A DNA stretch of 64,000 nucleotides from Phoronis australis. Taxonomy: Eukaryota > Animalia > Phoronida. Every line of letters begins with the position of its first letter. The stretch's first letter is position 1. A model generated the notes under the pieces. That model saw only the letters and a list, made by a program, of their open reading frames with translations. It searched no databases and had not been told where the DNA came from. Positions 52,265-64,000 of the stretch are shown piece after piece. A program made the translations under genes and the position numbers. Location: contig NMRA01000060.1 in NCBI GenBank assembly GCA_002633005.1, positions 783,417 through 847,416 on the forward strand, read 5' to 3'.

Positions 52265-53634
52265 AAAGAATCACACCATTAGTGCACTACATATCCGTGC
52301 TCGTTCTTTTAAGAACGCGGGAACAACTGACGATGGCCGGAGAATAGACCGACCGAAACGTCGTGACAGTGTAAATAGACAAGAGGTCGGTGTAAATAGA
52401 CCAAGAGATTTTAATAATGGTGGTCGCCTTAATAGAAACTTTCTTTTCAAATTTCAAAAGACCATCTCAGATCTCCAAAGATACAGAGGCCAACGTGATA
52501 AAGTAAAACTGCCAATAGGGTGCACACCTACAGTCAGATTGGTCTGAAAATCGTTGTCATCCGTTATCATCTCCATACATGATGTGCAGGGTCTGAGATA
52601 AGCGTCCGCTCATTTCAATTTATTCGCGCGGACGGTCTTAAGCCTGAGGCAAAGATCTTTATCTAGTTATCGCATTTCCTACAGATTCCCTGCCATCGCG
52701 TATCTTGGTTTTCATACAAGTTTACCTTTGGACACAACCTGATAGAACTCTTCATCAAAAATAATTATTTATCCTTTTTGAACGGATTTTTTTTACCCAG
52801 AATTAAACGAAATATCCCCGTTAACTTTAACATTTTACTTGCGATTCTCTTCAAGATTACTGCACAGCGTTGTGTTGTGGTTGCTTTACAGAGGCGGATT
52901 CAGAATTTTGAGTAAGGGGGGGCCAGGACAGAGTATTAGCCAGGATTTTGCCCATTAGACATTCACTCCTCCGAACTTCCGAATGGACTCTGGGAAATTT
53001 TACGGGGGCCAAGGATAACATACACCAAAGACTTAGAGCATTATAAACATACTAAAGCAATAATGCGATGTCAAATATTCCAACTGTGGTTATTCAGCAG
53101 ATCACTCAATTAAAAATACTTGGCTTTTAATAATACCACTTGCTACAACACATAACTGAAAAATGTGAAAAATACAATAGGATTGACCGCCATTGAAAGG
53201 GTGAAATTTTGAAGAACGTGAAGACCAGTATTTGTGAATTACGAAAAACGACTATTTCCGATGGTTAGTTATAGAATAATGTTACTGTTTCTCACGGTAC
53301 ACAAGAATAATACATATTTTGAAGATGTACACTATGAGTTGTTTGTAAGGAATTTAAACATGTGGAAAACATTGCATTGGAGGCTACTATATGTGGTGAC
53401 CGTGTACATGTCGAACGAGGGGTACTTAAGGTACTCTCGCAATCCTCAAACAAATATTTCAGCGTTTTTATTTTGTCAGTGAAATTCAAATTTAACTCGT
53501 GAACCGTGATAGGTACATCTGAAAATACACCTTAATACGAACCCCCATCTCCTATGCTCCCCCATTCACCCGTCAAAAGTCTGTGAGTTAGCCTGCGAAA
53601 ATTGCTTATAACATTCTGTTTTGATTAACACATT

Positions 53635-54235
53635 CGTTGGTTTCTGATTTACTTGTTTATGTATCTGCGAAAATCTCTAGTAGATGATTTTTAACAATCA
53701 GAAGCTAATCTTGTAATAATTGGTGATGTTTCAGTGAGTAAAGTACACTTAGATGATTTTGTCTATCTAAAATAACTCTCAAAGACATTGGTGAAATTCG
53801 GACAATTCCCAAAAATATACTCACAATTCAAATGTCAATAAATGGATTGCTTTTCGAATTAGGTGCAAGATTTGTCGTTTTAAGTCACAAACAGAAGATC
53901 AAAAAGGAATTGAGTCATTAAACCAAGGTAAACGCGTTGATAATGGAATAGATTGTTGATTTCTGATTTACATGTTTATGTATCTACGAAAATCGACTGA
54001 TTGATTTTTTGACAATTAGAAGCGAATCTTTTAAGAAATGATGATACTTCAGTGAACTTAATTGCAGGGAAAATTTGATCTATCATCAGATCCACAAATA
54101 GAAAAGTACACTCTGCTATTTTTTCTGTCTAAAATAAGTCTCAAGGATATTGATGAATGTCGGACAGCTCTACAAAGTGTCCTAAAATGTTCTCACAATT
54201 CAAATCAATGACAATAAATTGCTCGTTAACTTAGG
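53635..54235. repeat. Diverged direct duplication (~230-270-bp unit, ~320 offset)
   Basis: TTTCTGATTTAC.TGTTTATGTATCT.CGAAAATC ... AAAGTACACT ... TCTAAAATAA.TCTCAA ... CTCACAATTCAAAT present twice. Confidence 0.7.
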
Positions 54236-55249
54236 AATTAGACTAGTAGTTTAAATTCACAAAGCGAAGATCGAAGAAAGTTTTAAAAGTCCTTAAATAT
54301 ATAAAATCAAACTCATGGCTTGGAAAGGTCGTCTCTGCAATTCCTTTGTGTTTTTTTAATTTCCAGTGGTAATGCGTAATGAATTTTTGTTCTTCAAAAC
54401 TGAAATGTTTACTTGCCCTGATTTCCGTGCATATTACACAGATGAAGAACGTCGTAACTGACGTCAAAAATAAGATGTAACCATGCAGTAGGCGCGCCCA
54501 GAATCTTAGTGATCCACGGACTCCAGGCTTTGAAGTGTGTACATTTCAGTTTTGAGACACACTCTGTAGTATTTTCCTCAGCCACCAGAAAGTAGACTAC
54601 ATGTGGTGTTTCAACGAGGGATTTTGAAATAGCCCCAAAGGCACTATACCATGGACCTCGGGACCTCACCTTTTCAAAGAACTCCTTCAAAGAATGACCA
54701 ATAAAATAAAGCTTTCCTGAAATTGGATCACAGTAAAACGAATCTTGACCTAGGTACATGTACGAGCTAAGCTGCCTGTCTCAAGTGAATCATAAATTAG
54801 CTGACCAGTGACTAGCTTTAGTTCATCGGAAATTTTGTCTGTTCACACTGTTAGATGTTAGCTACAGTCACATGAGGCAGCTCGAGTCCTCGATCGCCAC
54901 CCGTCAGTGCACTGGTCCTAAGCCCATTCTTACTCTCCGTGGAGCTTTAAATGCCCACCCGGCCTAAAATATAGGGATGGGCCCGAATTTTGCGGTATAT
55001 GAAGCTTTTCCTGAGCAAAGAAATCGAGGACTAAAAAAAAAAACGGAGTATTAGTCAGATCTGTGAATTGTGCACTCGCGCCGGATTCCTGTGGACTTTT
55101 GTCGCGTTTACTCGGACTCTTTGGTCCTCTGAGGCGGACCTTTTTGCCCACTTCGCCAAATGGGAGGGTCTCGTTCGAGCCCTCCAAGCCCCCCTCCCCC
55201 TGGGTGCGCGCATGCTTTAATTGTTGGTTCACGGTTACTCAACTCCTGA

Positions 55250-55560
55250 TGGCTGCATCCATGGGCGGGCAGACGTGGGAGATTCGCCGTACAAGTGGCA
55301 GCATCGGATAGCACGGGGAGCGGTGGGGGGGGGGGGGGNGAATTGCACGCCTTACTCGCGCTCAGGTTTGATCAGTTCTGACCGGAAATAATAGTTTTGC
55401 AATGTCTCACGTAAGAAGACAAGCGGCTGAATTGGATTTTAGGCGAAACTAACCTAGGCCGGCCTCTTTCAAGTTTTGACGCGATTAACCCCACCCCCAG
55501 ACATCATGGTGCGGGTACATTTTTATATCGAGCTGGTGTAAGTGCGGGGCCCGTGAGGAA
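55250..55560 (+). promoter_or_regulatory. Candidate CpG-rich promoter / non-coding first exon of VPS18
   Basis: CpG-dense, ETS-like ACCGGAAAT (55381), GTAAGT donor at 55538. The VPS18 ATG exon starts with an acceptor, so an upstream exon is needed. Inference. Confidence 0.35.
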
Positions 55561-57081
55561 TACTTTAAAAATTTGGAGTCACCGACGTGATGCCTTCCAT
55601 AGAATTTTAGAGGGGAGGGGCATGACCCCCTTGTCCCCCTCCCCTCTTAATCCCCCACTGCATGATGGGGATCTCTTTTGAAAATGCCGGCACACGGTTA
55701 AGAAGTCAATTATCTTGTTTACTAACTCTTTACTCCACCAGTACACACGCACGCGTGGGTTGAGCTGGCTGTTATTGAAACTGTTCAAGACATAAAAGTC
55801 TGGTAACAGACTCAATGTTCACGAGTCACATCCTGAACATCAATCTTACCCAGTAATCAGTCTGTTTTTATCTTGGCACTATCCAACACTTTGTTTTATT
55901 TTTTATTTTTCACAATTATGCACACCTCACTTATCAGTTAGGCCTACTACTGAACATGCGCCAACATGTAAGGATCGATATTACGATCGTTTGTTGTAAA
56001 TGGGAAGAAGGGACGAAGAAGAATGTTTCATAAATGACCGACATAGGAGCAAAGTTATGGCTTGCTCCTTAGGAGAAATCAAAATGACCGTGTCAGTAAC
56101 TTAGACTTTCATCTTCGGTTCAGTCGTTGCTTAGTTAGATAATAACTTTACTACCTTTGCACACTCTACACTTCCGCGATTCTCTTTGCAAAAGCTGTAC
56201 GCTATTGGGCTGACTGTTCATCTTTTCATATGTTGAAAGGATTAACTTATTCCCACTAGGTAACAAGCAGTTCCATTTTGTGCTACAGATAAAAATCTAC
56301 AGGAAATGCTGTGAATGTTAGTCAGTTTTAGCCAATGAATCAATTACGAACTTGGTCTTGTCTTGGGTCGGGATTCCGAATTCGTACATGACGGCGTTTT
56401 TCCGTTCAGTGACTTTACCAGACGTAGAGGGTTGTGAGCGTGTGATAACATCTAGCTTCTTTTTTAACTGCCAAGCAGAGTATTTTGTCTGATATGACAA
56501 CAGGCAGGCCAATTATTTACGAGGCCACGTGAACACAGTCAAACCCAGAGCTAATTCGGAAAGAATAAGTTGTCGTAACTTCGGTTGTATTTGGGCAATT
56601 TTGGCAATTCAAAAACTAATCATGATCACCACTTGATGAGAATTTCAGAGATGCTATTGGTTTATGTTCTAGCATGTTATAACTTAGCATTTATTTTGGC
56701 AGAACAGCCCAGTCAGGGTAGATACCATCTTACTGGAGATTAGAACAATTATCGAACAAAAGAGAACTGACCCTCTAACCATAAATGCCAGAATGGAGTT
56801 AATCAGTCGTGTAAGATATTGGCTACAGGGGTGTTCTTCCCAACTTGTTGTTGGGCTATAGAGTCGAACAAGTTGGGAACAACGGGAAAACGTCGTAATG
56901 TAGAGACGCAGAGCCAGAGCCAGTAGAGTTAGGCAGGTCATCAACCACAGACTCAGGGTTAACCTGCGTATACGAACCTTAACTAGATAACAAAAAGACC
57001 TTGACTAGCTGTGTATTTGCGAGTGAAAGAGGTTGATGGTGTTTGGTTAAGAGTGTTTTAGTTTGGTAGTCACTAAACATG

Positions 57082-57628
57082 TGTTGTAGATGTGCTTCTG
57101 ATGAATCATATGAGCCTCTGTTAGCCACTCGCTAACTGGCAATTGCCTATTAGCTGAATGTTTACCATGCTTGCCGGTTTTATGGGGGTCTCTGGTTCCA
57201 TTCCCGGGTTGGGTAATCTGGGCTATTTCTACTAATGGCGTAGTCGGCAAATAGATGATCTACTGATGAAGCACTGCCAAGTAGTACCTGCGGACCTTGG
57301 ATAGCGTGCATGGTTATGGTGATGGTAAAAGTTACAGTAGTCGAGGACCTGTATGAGAGACAACCTTGTGTTCTCTTGTGTTATGGTAAAGGTACCAAGG
57401 GAAGTTGATGACCTGTATCTGAGACAACCTGGTGTTCACCTTCTTGGTGGCATGCCTGTTCCGTTGGAAAGGGGGGAATGTTGTAAAAGTGCTTCTGGTG
57501 AATCATATGAGCCTCAGTTAGCCACTCGCTAACTGGCAATTGCCTATTAGCTAAATGGTAACCTGCTCACCGGTTTTATGGGGTTGCTGGTTCGACTCCC
57601 GGGTAGGGTAATCTTGGCTATTACTGCA
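57082..57628 (+). mobile_element. TRIM (miniature non-autonomous LTR retrotransposon)
   Basis: LTRs 57082-~57233 and 57479-57628 both start TGTTGTA, and the 3' LTR ends CA. PBS TGGCGTAGTCGGCA at 57236-49, PPT GGAAAGGGGGGAA at 57466-78. Confidence 0.88.
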
Positions 57629-57639
57629 CGCCTTCGCCT

Positions 57640-57925
57640 ATCCTCTGTTGGGCCAATGTTAAAAAACTTAAACTGGCCTACCCTCACCCATAGATGCAAA
57701 ATCTGTATGCTGAAAATGTTTTTCAAGTACCATAAAAAGTTGATCATCAACTCTGAATGTTGCCCCTGTTAGATTCTGCTCTCTCTAGCATCGGTACCAG
57801 AAAGTTACACAATTTTAACATTACAATAATTACAGAAAAAGACATTCTTTCCTAGAACAGTCGTGGACTAGCATAGCTTTCTGGGTTACATTACATCAGC
57901 CCCTTTTGACATCTTTGTCAAAAGC
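57640..57925 (+). mobile_element. 3' fragment of a CR1/L2-group LINE ORF2
   Basis: Decayed peptides SVGPMLKNLNWPTLTHRCKICMLKMFFK ... FFPRTVVD* fit the SVxxMLxxLxWxxLxxRR...FFPRTxxxWN C-terminal signature of these ORF2 proteins. Confidence 0.7.
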
Positions 57926-57932
57926 TGTCTGC

Positions 57933-58045
57933 ACAGTGGGGGGCTATAGCCCCCCAACCCCTCTATGGTGCACCACCCATAGACCATGGGCAGTGCAACA
58001 TTGAAAAAAGTGGGGGCTATAGCCCCCTATGGTGCGCTGCCCATG
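57933..58045. mobile_element. Tiny hAT-like MITE remnants
   Basis: CATGGGCAGTGCA ... TGCGCTGCCCATG inverted repeat around GGGGGCTATAGCCCCC palindromes (two copies). Confidence 0.55.
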
Positions 58046-59073
58046 ATCTGTCTTCCTGAAGAAACATAGGTGGTTGCCTACACCTGGTGCACCCTCTTAC
58101 TGTCTGCCCTATCTGTAAATGACTTAGCTATGTTAATCTCTGAAGTGATGTCCACTATGTATATATTTTTAAACTTGTTATAGCTGTTTTTGTCTTTATT
58201 GTTATTCATTGTGATACAGTGATGTAATACTCTGGAAAGAGTGTGGTCACTTGAACCAAGAAGAAGAAGAAATTTCATCTCAAAAGGCATTCAGATAATT
58301 TATTTAAAAGATAAAATTCCTTAACCACTCGCTCAGCTCTGGCAGCCATATTTTTCCTATGTTGAAGTGACAACCAAGATTTAGACGAGGCCCTAGCAAA
58401 AACTACCGTACATGTCTCGCCTCTATTCAGTTTTTGATGTGTTAAGAGGGAGTCTGTATACAATTAAACAATTCATGTCTTCCAGTCTGGAGACAACCTT
58501 AACTGTCCAAGTGTGTATTACAAGCTTGGAATGTTGAAATTATCAATGGGCTATTTAGCAATGTGAACATCTTATGTGAGGTGATCTAGACACAACCACA
58601 TCTGATCACTCTCATTGTAACAGTATGATGCAAACAACACTTTCACCACACTTAAAAGCATTTACCATTTTCAAATGATGCTTGATGTGTGCATTCACAA
58701 AAAAGGTTTGATGGTCAATTTTGGAAACATTTTTCTGAAAGTGGTAAGATTTTACTGGTCACCTTGCATTTTTGAAGCTTGCAATGCTCTTCATTGTTTC
58801 TGTTTCTCCTGTCGAGTCATTCAAATATTGAATGCATCTCAACAGAGGCCAATTCATTAAGTCATTCTTATTTTAACCTCACGCATTTGTGTGTGTGTCT
58901 GTGTGTCTGTAAGTGTGTGTGTGTTATCTATATGTATTACAGTATGCCTGCCTGCTTGCATGTATGTATTCATTGATATCAGTATTGGTTAATTGACGGT
59001 CTGATGCACTAACAACGCACTATCAAACAATTAATATTATTTATGTTTGCAGACCTGTTCATGAAGTCTCACC

Positions 59074-59154
59074 ATGGCCTCTTTGTTTGACCAGTATGAA
59101 CAAGCCTCAGTGAATACTTCAAGGTCAAGAACCAGTGCCGCTGTACCTGAGCCA
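59074..59154 (+). CDS. VPS18: VPS18 (HOPS/CORVET core subunit) coding exon 1
   Basis: accATGg context, acceptor at 59052/53, CCA|gtaag donor. Encodes MASLFDQYEQASVNTSRSRTSAAVPEP, like the MASILDEYE start of VPS18. Confidence 0.88.
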
Positions 59155-59675
59155 GTAAGCAAAACAAAAATGCTCACAACATACGTTAAATGGTCTTCAT
59201 TATATGTCTGATGTTGTTATGGGTGCTTGTCCACGTCTAATGGCAGTTGCTCTTTTCTTTGTCGTTTTATAAACTTTTAGAGCTGCATTTCATTCTGTTT
59301 AGCAGTTACTTTAAAAGTACTTATGAACCAAAACCAACAGCTGATCTGTGATGTACTCATGGGAATAGTTCATTGTTTTGTCACGACGTTGACCTATTTT
59401 GATTGGAAGTCTATTCACACCATTTTCGAATTTTAGGGATGGCCAACCCCAATAAAACAAGTATTGTACAAAGCTATTTCTTGACTTGTTGAGGTTTTAC
59501 ATGTTCTTTGTAGCAGAAAACAAGTCCCATCGTGGTAAGAAAAAATTGTAAGATCGACTTTATAGGAGTAAAAGGCCTAATTCAATTTTCCTTTTCAATC
59601 CAGCTGAACAGCGCGAAATGCAGTATAAGTTTATAAATTCTGTTCCTTTCTTCAATGTTTTTCTACTACTTTCAG

Positions 59676-59752
59676 ATGGTAACTGCTGGTATTATAAATG
59701 CTAGGCTGGAAGATGAAACCCCAATATTCAACAAACAAAGGATCAACTTTAA
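59676..59752 (+). CDS. VPS18: VPS18 exon
   Basis: tttcag|ATG ... AA|gtaag. Encodes MVTAGIINARLEDETPIFNKQRINF. Confidence 0.92.
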
Positions 59753-60153
59753 GTAAGTCATTATTTTGTCAGCACTGGGTACCTATTAAGTATCAGCTCA
59801 TTGTTGAACTTGCTCTTTTCAGAAAAGAATGAAATAACTTCAGTTGAGAATGTGTTCTTGGGGTTTGGGGAAAACTATTTTTCAAAGTGTTGTGTCTCCT
59901 TTCGTAGTTTCAGGTTTTACTTTACTGAAGGTCAGTTGTACAGAAGAAATATTCTTGAAGGCTAAGATATATTTATTTACAGTACATTTTAGTCCTTGTA
60001 AATAAAGTGAATTTGCTATTCCTAAATTTAATGCCCATGTCTGTACAAAAACCTGGAATTTTTGGCTAGAGGTATCACATATATGCATCCCTTGTAATTT
60101 TACCTCGGAAAGAAAATTCTGCTTGAATGAAGATTTGATCATTGTTTTTTCAG

Positions 60154-60263
60154 ACCTCCAGAACCGATCACCCACCTTCTAGTAGCCAACAATAATCTGG
60201 CTATGGCTATGTCCAGCAATACTCTCCTGCGACTCAATTTAGACAGACCTGATCAGCCTGATG
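60154..60263 (+). CDS. VPS18: VPS18 exon
   Basis: tttcag|A ... GAT G|gtatg. Encodes PPEPITHLLVANNNLAMAMSSNTLLRLNLDRPDQPD. Confidence 0.92.
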
Positions 60264-60808
60264 GTATGACCTTTTTATCTCCGTGACTGGTGATGTAGTC
60301 ATATAAAAAGTTATACCATCATTAGTTATCGTTTTGCTTCCATTAGCACCACTGCCACTAATACTTGAAGAATTATTTGTAATATTAATCTACAGAAATT
60401 TTGTTGAAATTAAGTTAATGGCTCGTGCCAAAAGTAAACAGTAAAATACTGTTACGTGCTACGTTGGTATTGTGTTTAAGAATTCCGCTTACACTCAGCT
60501 GTATTGAAAGAGAATTTCACATGCGCTCAGCCGTGATGATGAGGGAATTTTGGGTCATTTTGACTGATTAATTTTGGTGTTTATTGTGTTAAATTTCAAG
60601 TTGAACAATTTTAGTGTTTCTCCATAATTCTAGTTTTCTTCAAGTTGCCATAATGTAGACATTCAATTGTCTTCAACAGGTCATAAGTACTATTCAAAAA
60701 CTCCTGGACCAAAATTTAGACTTAAATATACCATATTTACCAAAAGTAGTTACTCCATGACTTGTCATCTGAGAGTTCATTTATTGTCTTGTCAATGTTT
60801 CCTCACAG

Positions 60809-60957
60809 AGGTGGAGATCACCAAGAATATGTCAGATAAAGTTCACAAGATCTTCCTAGACCCGACTGGACAGCACTTGCTAATTAACATGGAATCACAA
60901 GAAACGTTGTTCCTTTATAAGAACTCCAAAAAACCCAAGCCCTTGGGAAAACTGAAG
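60809..60957 (+). CDS. VPS18: VPS18 exon
   Basis: cacag|AG ... AAG|gtaat. Encodes EVEITKNMSDKVHKIFLDPTGQHLLINMESQETLFLYKNSKKPKPLGKLK. Confidence 0.95.
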
Positions 60958-61317
60958 GTAATTTGTGATTGGGTTTTAGAAATTTCACTTGGGAATCCCA
61001 AGTTGGGATGGTATAACCAGGATGAAAATATGTTACAGGATGAAGTGCCCATATTGATATCCTGTCCTTTTGAGTTCACATGTGCCATTGATTCTAATTT
61101 TCGGTGAGGCACTGGCTGACACGCACATGCCAACTGATGCATTTAAGTTTTGTTGAAATCCCCTGAGTAATTATTTTATCTTGTCTAATTTTTGAAGGTG
61201 GTTATGTAAAGTTGAAAATACCCTTGTTTCTAGGATTCTTCTGCTGTTACCTAGGAACAAAAAGAGTTACTGTCCAACTTTTTTAATGTAACTAAATGTA
61301 AAGTGCTTCTTAGAGAC

Positions 61318-61566
61318 ACAAAGTGACTGGTTGATGTGAGACTTTATGAGGGTAATGTATGAAGTTGTGAGGGATAGTACAAAGTGACTGATTGATGTGA
61401 GACTTTATGAGGGTAATGTATGAAGTTGTGAGGGATAGCACAAAGTGACTGATTGATGTGAGACTTTATGAGGGGAATGTATGAAGTTGTGAGGGATAGC
61501 ACAAAGTGACTGGTTGATGTGAGACTTTATGAGGGTAATGTATGAAGTTGTGAGGGATAGCACAAA
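61318..61566. repeat. 61-bp minisatellite x4 in VPS18 intron
   Basis: ACAAAGTGACTG...GTGAGGGATAG units start at 61318, 61379, 61440 and 61501. Confidence 0.95.
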
Positions 61567-61803
61567 TTTTGCAAGCACAAATAAAAACTTGTGAAGAAAT
61601 GCTAACATTTTGACGAAACGCAAAATAAGGAATGCAAAAAGCTGATATTTTTCTTTTTGTCCCATCAAAAGCCAAATACGGTGAACACTTACCTTTATGT
61701 TTTTCTAAAATGATCACTCTTTCAAGAGGCTCATGTTTATCATTGGAAGTTCTAGTTATAATTGTATATCACTTGTTAAAAGCATTCCTGCACTATTTTG
61801 TAG

Positions 61804-61888
61804 GGCCATGTTATTGAGTCAGTTGGATGGAATAGACAAAATGCAAGTGACCGAACCACTAACGCCATCTTACTGGGAACAAGCAAAG
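61804..61888 (+). CDS. VPS18: VPS18 exon
   Basis: tgtag|GGC ... AAA G|gttgt. Encodes GHVIESVGWNRQNASDRTTNAILLGTSK. Confidence 0.93.
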
Positions 61889-62333
61889 GTTGTACTTTCT
61901 GACTTTGTTATTCCTTTATATGTTTTTGTTGTGAACATAAAAGATTTTTTATGTCATTTAGTTTATGATTTCCTTTGTCAGCGTATTTGTGTAAAGTGAT
62001 CAGTGAAACTAAGTGCACATTTTATTGGTAAAGTATATTGGATTCCAATTGATAGCTCTCCTATACAAGATTATGGTAGTGAAACTTTTCTAGGAATTCT
62101 TTTGGTACTTATAATATGAGAAAGTCATGGTACCTCTGAGCTCCCCAGTTGTGTTGATAGTCAATAATTACATGCTTTGAATTGTAAACCTAGTATAGCA
62201 ATGGAAAAAATGGTGAATTGTACAATCTAATTCAAGCCACTTTGTAGCATTAGATTCTACTTATGAAATGGTATTCGGGCAGTGTTAAAAATTAGCTAAC
62301 ATTACCATTATAATCTTTTGTATTTACTTGCAG

Positions 62334-62419
62334 GTGCAATTTTTGAAACAGAAATCTCTTCAGGAGAAGACAGTAATATAAAGTTTTTCCAAGGCAGTCT
62401 CGAGCAGTATTGGAAACAA
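62334..62419 (+). CDS. VPS18: VPS18 exon
   Basis: ttgcag|GT ... CAA|gtaag. Encodes GAIFETEISSGEDSNIKFFQGSLEQYWKQ. Confidence 0.92.
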
Positions 62420-63167
62420 GTAAGCGTGGCTTCACTTTAACTTTGTATTTGTCTGAGTTACCACTGGGGTGCTTAACTTTGAGATCAGAGGCTGGGTATA
62501 AAGCTGAGCTCAGGAGCTTAAATTTTGAGAAGTTGCAGGTGGTTGTTTACCTGAATGGGTGATTGAGTTAATGCCGGAGCAATATTTATGAGGGACTTCT
62601 TATGCAAGAATCAAATAATTAATTAAAACATTTCAGTGACTCACCATGTAGAACAGAGTGATCACACATGGTAGTTGAGTAGCTTGTTTAGCTTTTTGTG
62701 CAAATTTTTATCTTTAAATTTTCCCATGCAAATATTATGCATGTGAGCTGGTCACACGCTGCTCACCTGAATGCTTTCACCATTGTTTGCTCACTGGTAC
62801 TATTGCATTAGAATGTGCATAAGCCAAAAGAGCCGTTGTATGTCTCCTTTTCTAAAGAGTAGGAGTCAGAATACTGTCGTCTGGTACTTTCGTGCCAGCT
62901 TTGGCTAAAACTGGCTGATTATAACTCAAAAGTGAACGAGTTTTGACCTTTTTGAGAGCTGAAATTCTGATGAGATGGCCGTTCACAAAGACCCAGTCAT
63001 TTTGAAGGAGATACCTTTTGTATAAGTTGGATGTGACCAGTAAGCCGAGCATGGGCATTTAAAGTGAAGAATTTGGAAATTTTGAGGGTGGGACAAGTAT
63101 GCTAATATTTTCTTGATGTGTTGTTTACATTTACAAGTCTACTGTCAATCACTGTCATTTATTGCAG

Positions 63168-63280
63168 GTGTTTATGATTGACAAGGATGCCAAGACACCT
63201 GTCACTGGACTGGAGTTTGAAAAACTACCTTCATCGTCATTAACAGAGTACAAATATTTTGTACTGGTTACAACTCCTGG
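63168..63280 (+). CDS. VPS18: VPS18 exon (gene continues beyond the window)
   Basis: ttgcag|GTG ... GG|gtaag. Encodes VFMIDKDAKTPVTGLEFEKLPSSSLTEYKYFVLVTTP. Confidence 0.92.
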
Positions 63281-64000
63281 GTAAGGATTGATTATTCTCA
63301 CGACTTTATGCTATTTATACTTCCTCTTCAGTATACATGGGTTAGTAATTATCTTTCTTTCTACGCTATATATTTTAAGGATTTGCTTTTGTAAGAATAC
63401 AAATCATTTTAAGCAGTTCTCAGTTTGTGATAGGCTTATTTACAATTGTCTCATGTGGAATGTGATGATACCAAATGAATTTGTATACTTTTGAACAGTT
63501 TCAATTTAATGGCATCTCCACATTTCAACTCCATTAGGGCTGTTCCAGTAAAATCTGTATGGGAGGGGGGGAAGGCACCTTTTTTTCGCACCCACCACCC
63601 ATATTTTTCATTTATTTCTTCAGCCTACCACCCGTAATTTTTTATAAGTTTGAAATGCAACCACCCGTAATTTTTTTTTGTTCTTGGGGTTGACTGCACA
63701 GGCGCTTGAGTTTATCTGTTCCTCCATCACCACTAACGTCATTCATTACTAAGAAAACATATCTTTCTTATATATGGTTATTAGCCATCGAGAAATTTGA
63801 GCACCTGTGGTTAAATGGGCATGCAGATGAGATCGGAGAGACTGAAAAAGTCGGAGCTTTTTGCAAGTTGCATTTTTGTTTCAGTTTTTGATTCTGTGCA
63901 GATTGTTTATAAAATTTACTAAAATTACCCACCATCAAACATTTATGGCCCAATGAAACAACAACGACCTGTAAATTTTTATTTTTTTGAAGTACGACCA

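Noticed and set aside
56835-56883. Hairpin TTCCCAACTTGTT...AACAAGTTGGGAA as a possible pre-miRNA
   Set aside because: Short stem, large loop and no other support.
61405-61717. Minus-strand ORFs with repeated peptides
   Set aside because: Translation of the 61-bp minisatellite in a VPS18 intron.
27380-63280. Functional cluster hypothesis (the protease sheds ephrin and VPS18 traffics it)
   Set aside because: Only adjacency supports it. Known ephrin shedding is mainly by ADAM metalloproteases, and conserved synteny or co-expression data would be needed.

Overview
AT-rich, intron-containing animal (invertebrate-type) genomic DNA from a draft assembly with four N gaps. Almost all ORF-track entries are spurious. 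Three spliced + strand genes can be rebuilt from GT-AG exons with consistent phases. (1) An ephrin, exons 27380-31100; its first coding exon was not found and probably lies upstream across a very long intron; it has a Thr/Pro-rich stalk and a GPI-signal-type C-terminus. (2) A trypsin-like S1A serine protease, 41675-48385, with an intact His/Asp/Ser triad, an atypical R-TVGG activation site, two extra Cys and an unresolved first exon. (3) The 5' part of VPS18, from 59074 and continuing past the window end. Non-coding DNA holds several MITEs, a 2.7-kb TIR element, a 547-bp miniature LTR element (TRIM) with a tRNA-Ser primer-binding site, tRNA-derived SINE-like heads, a LINE 3' fragment and tandem repeats, including an array of CTCF-like motifs at a CpG-content boundary. 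No prokaryotic-type system is present. All calls were made by eye, with no database searches.
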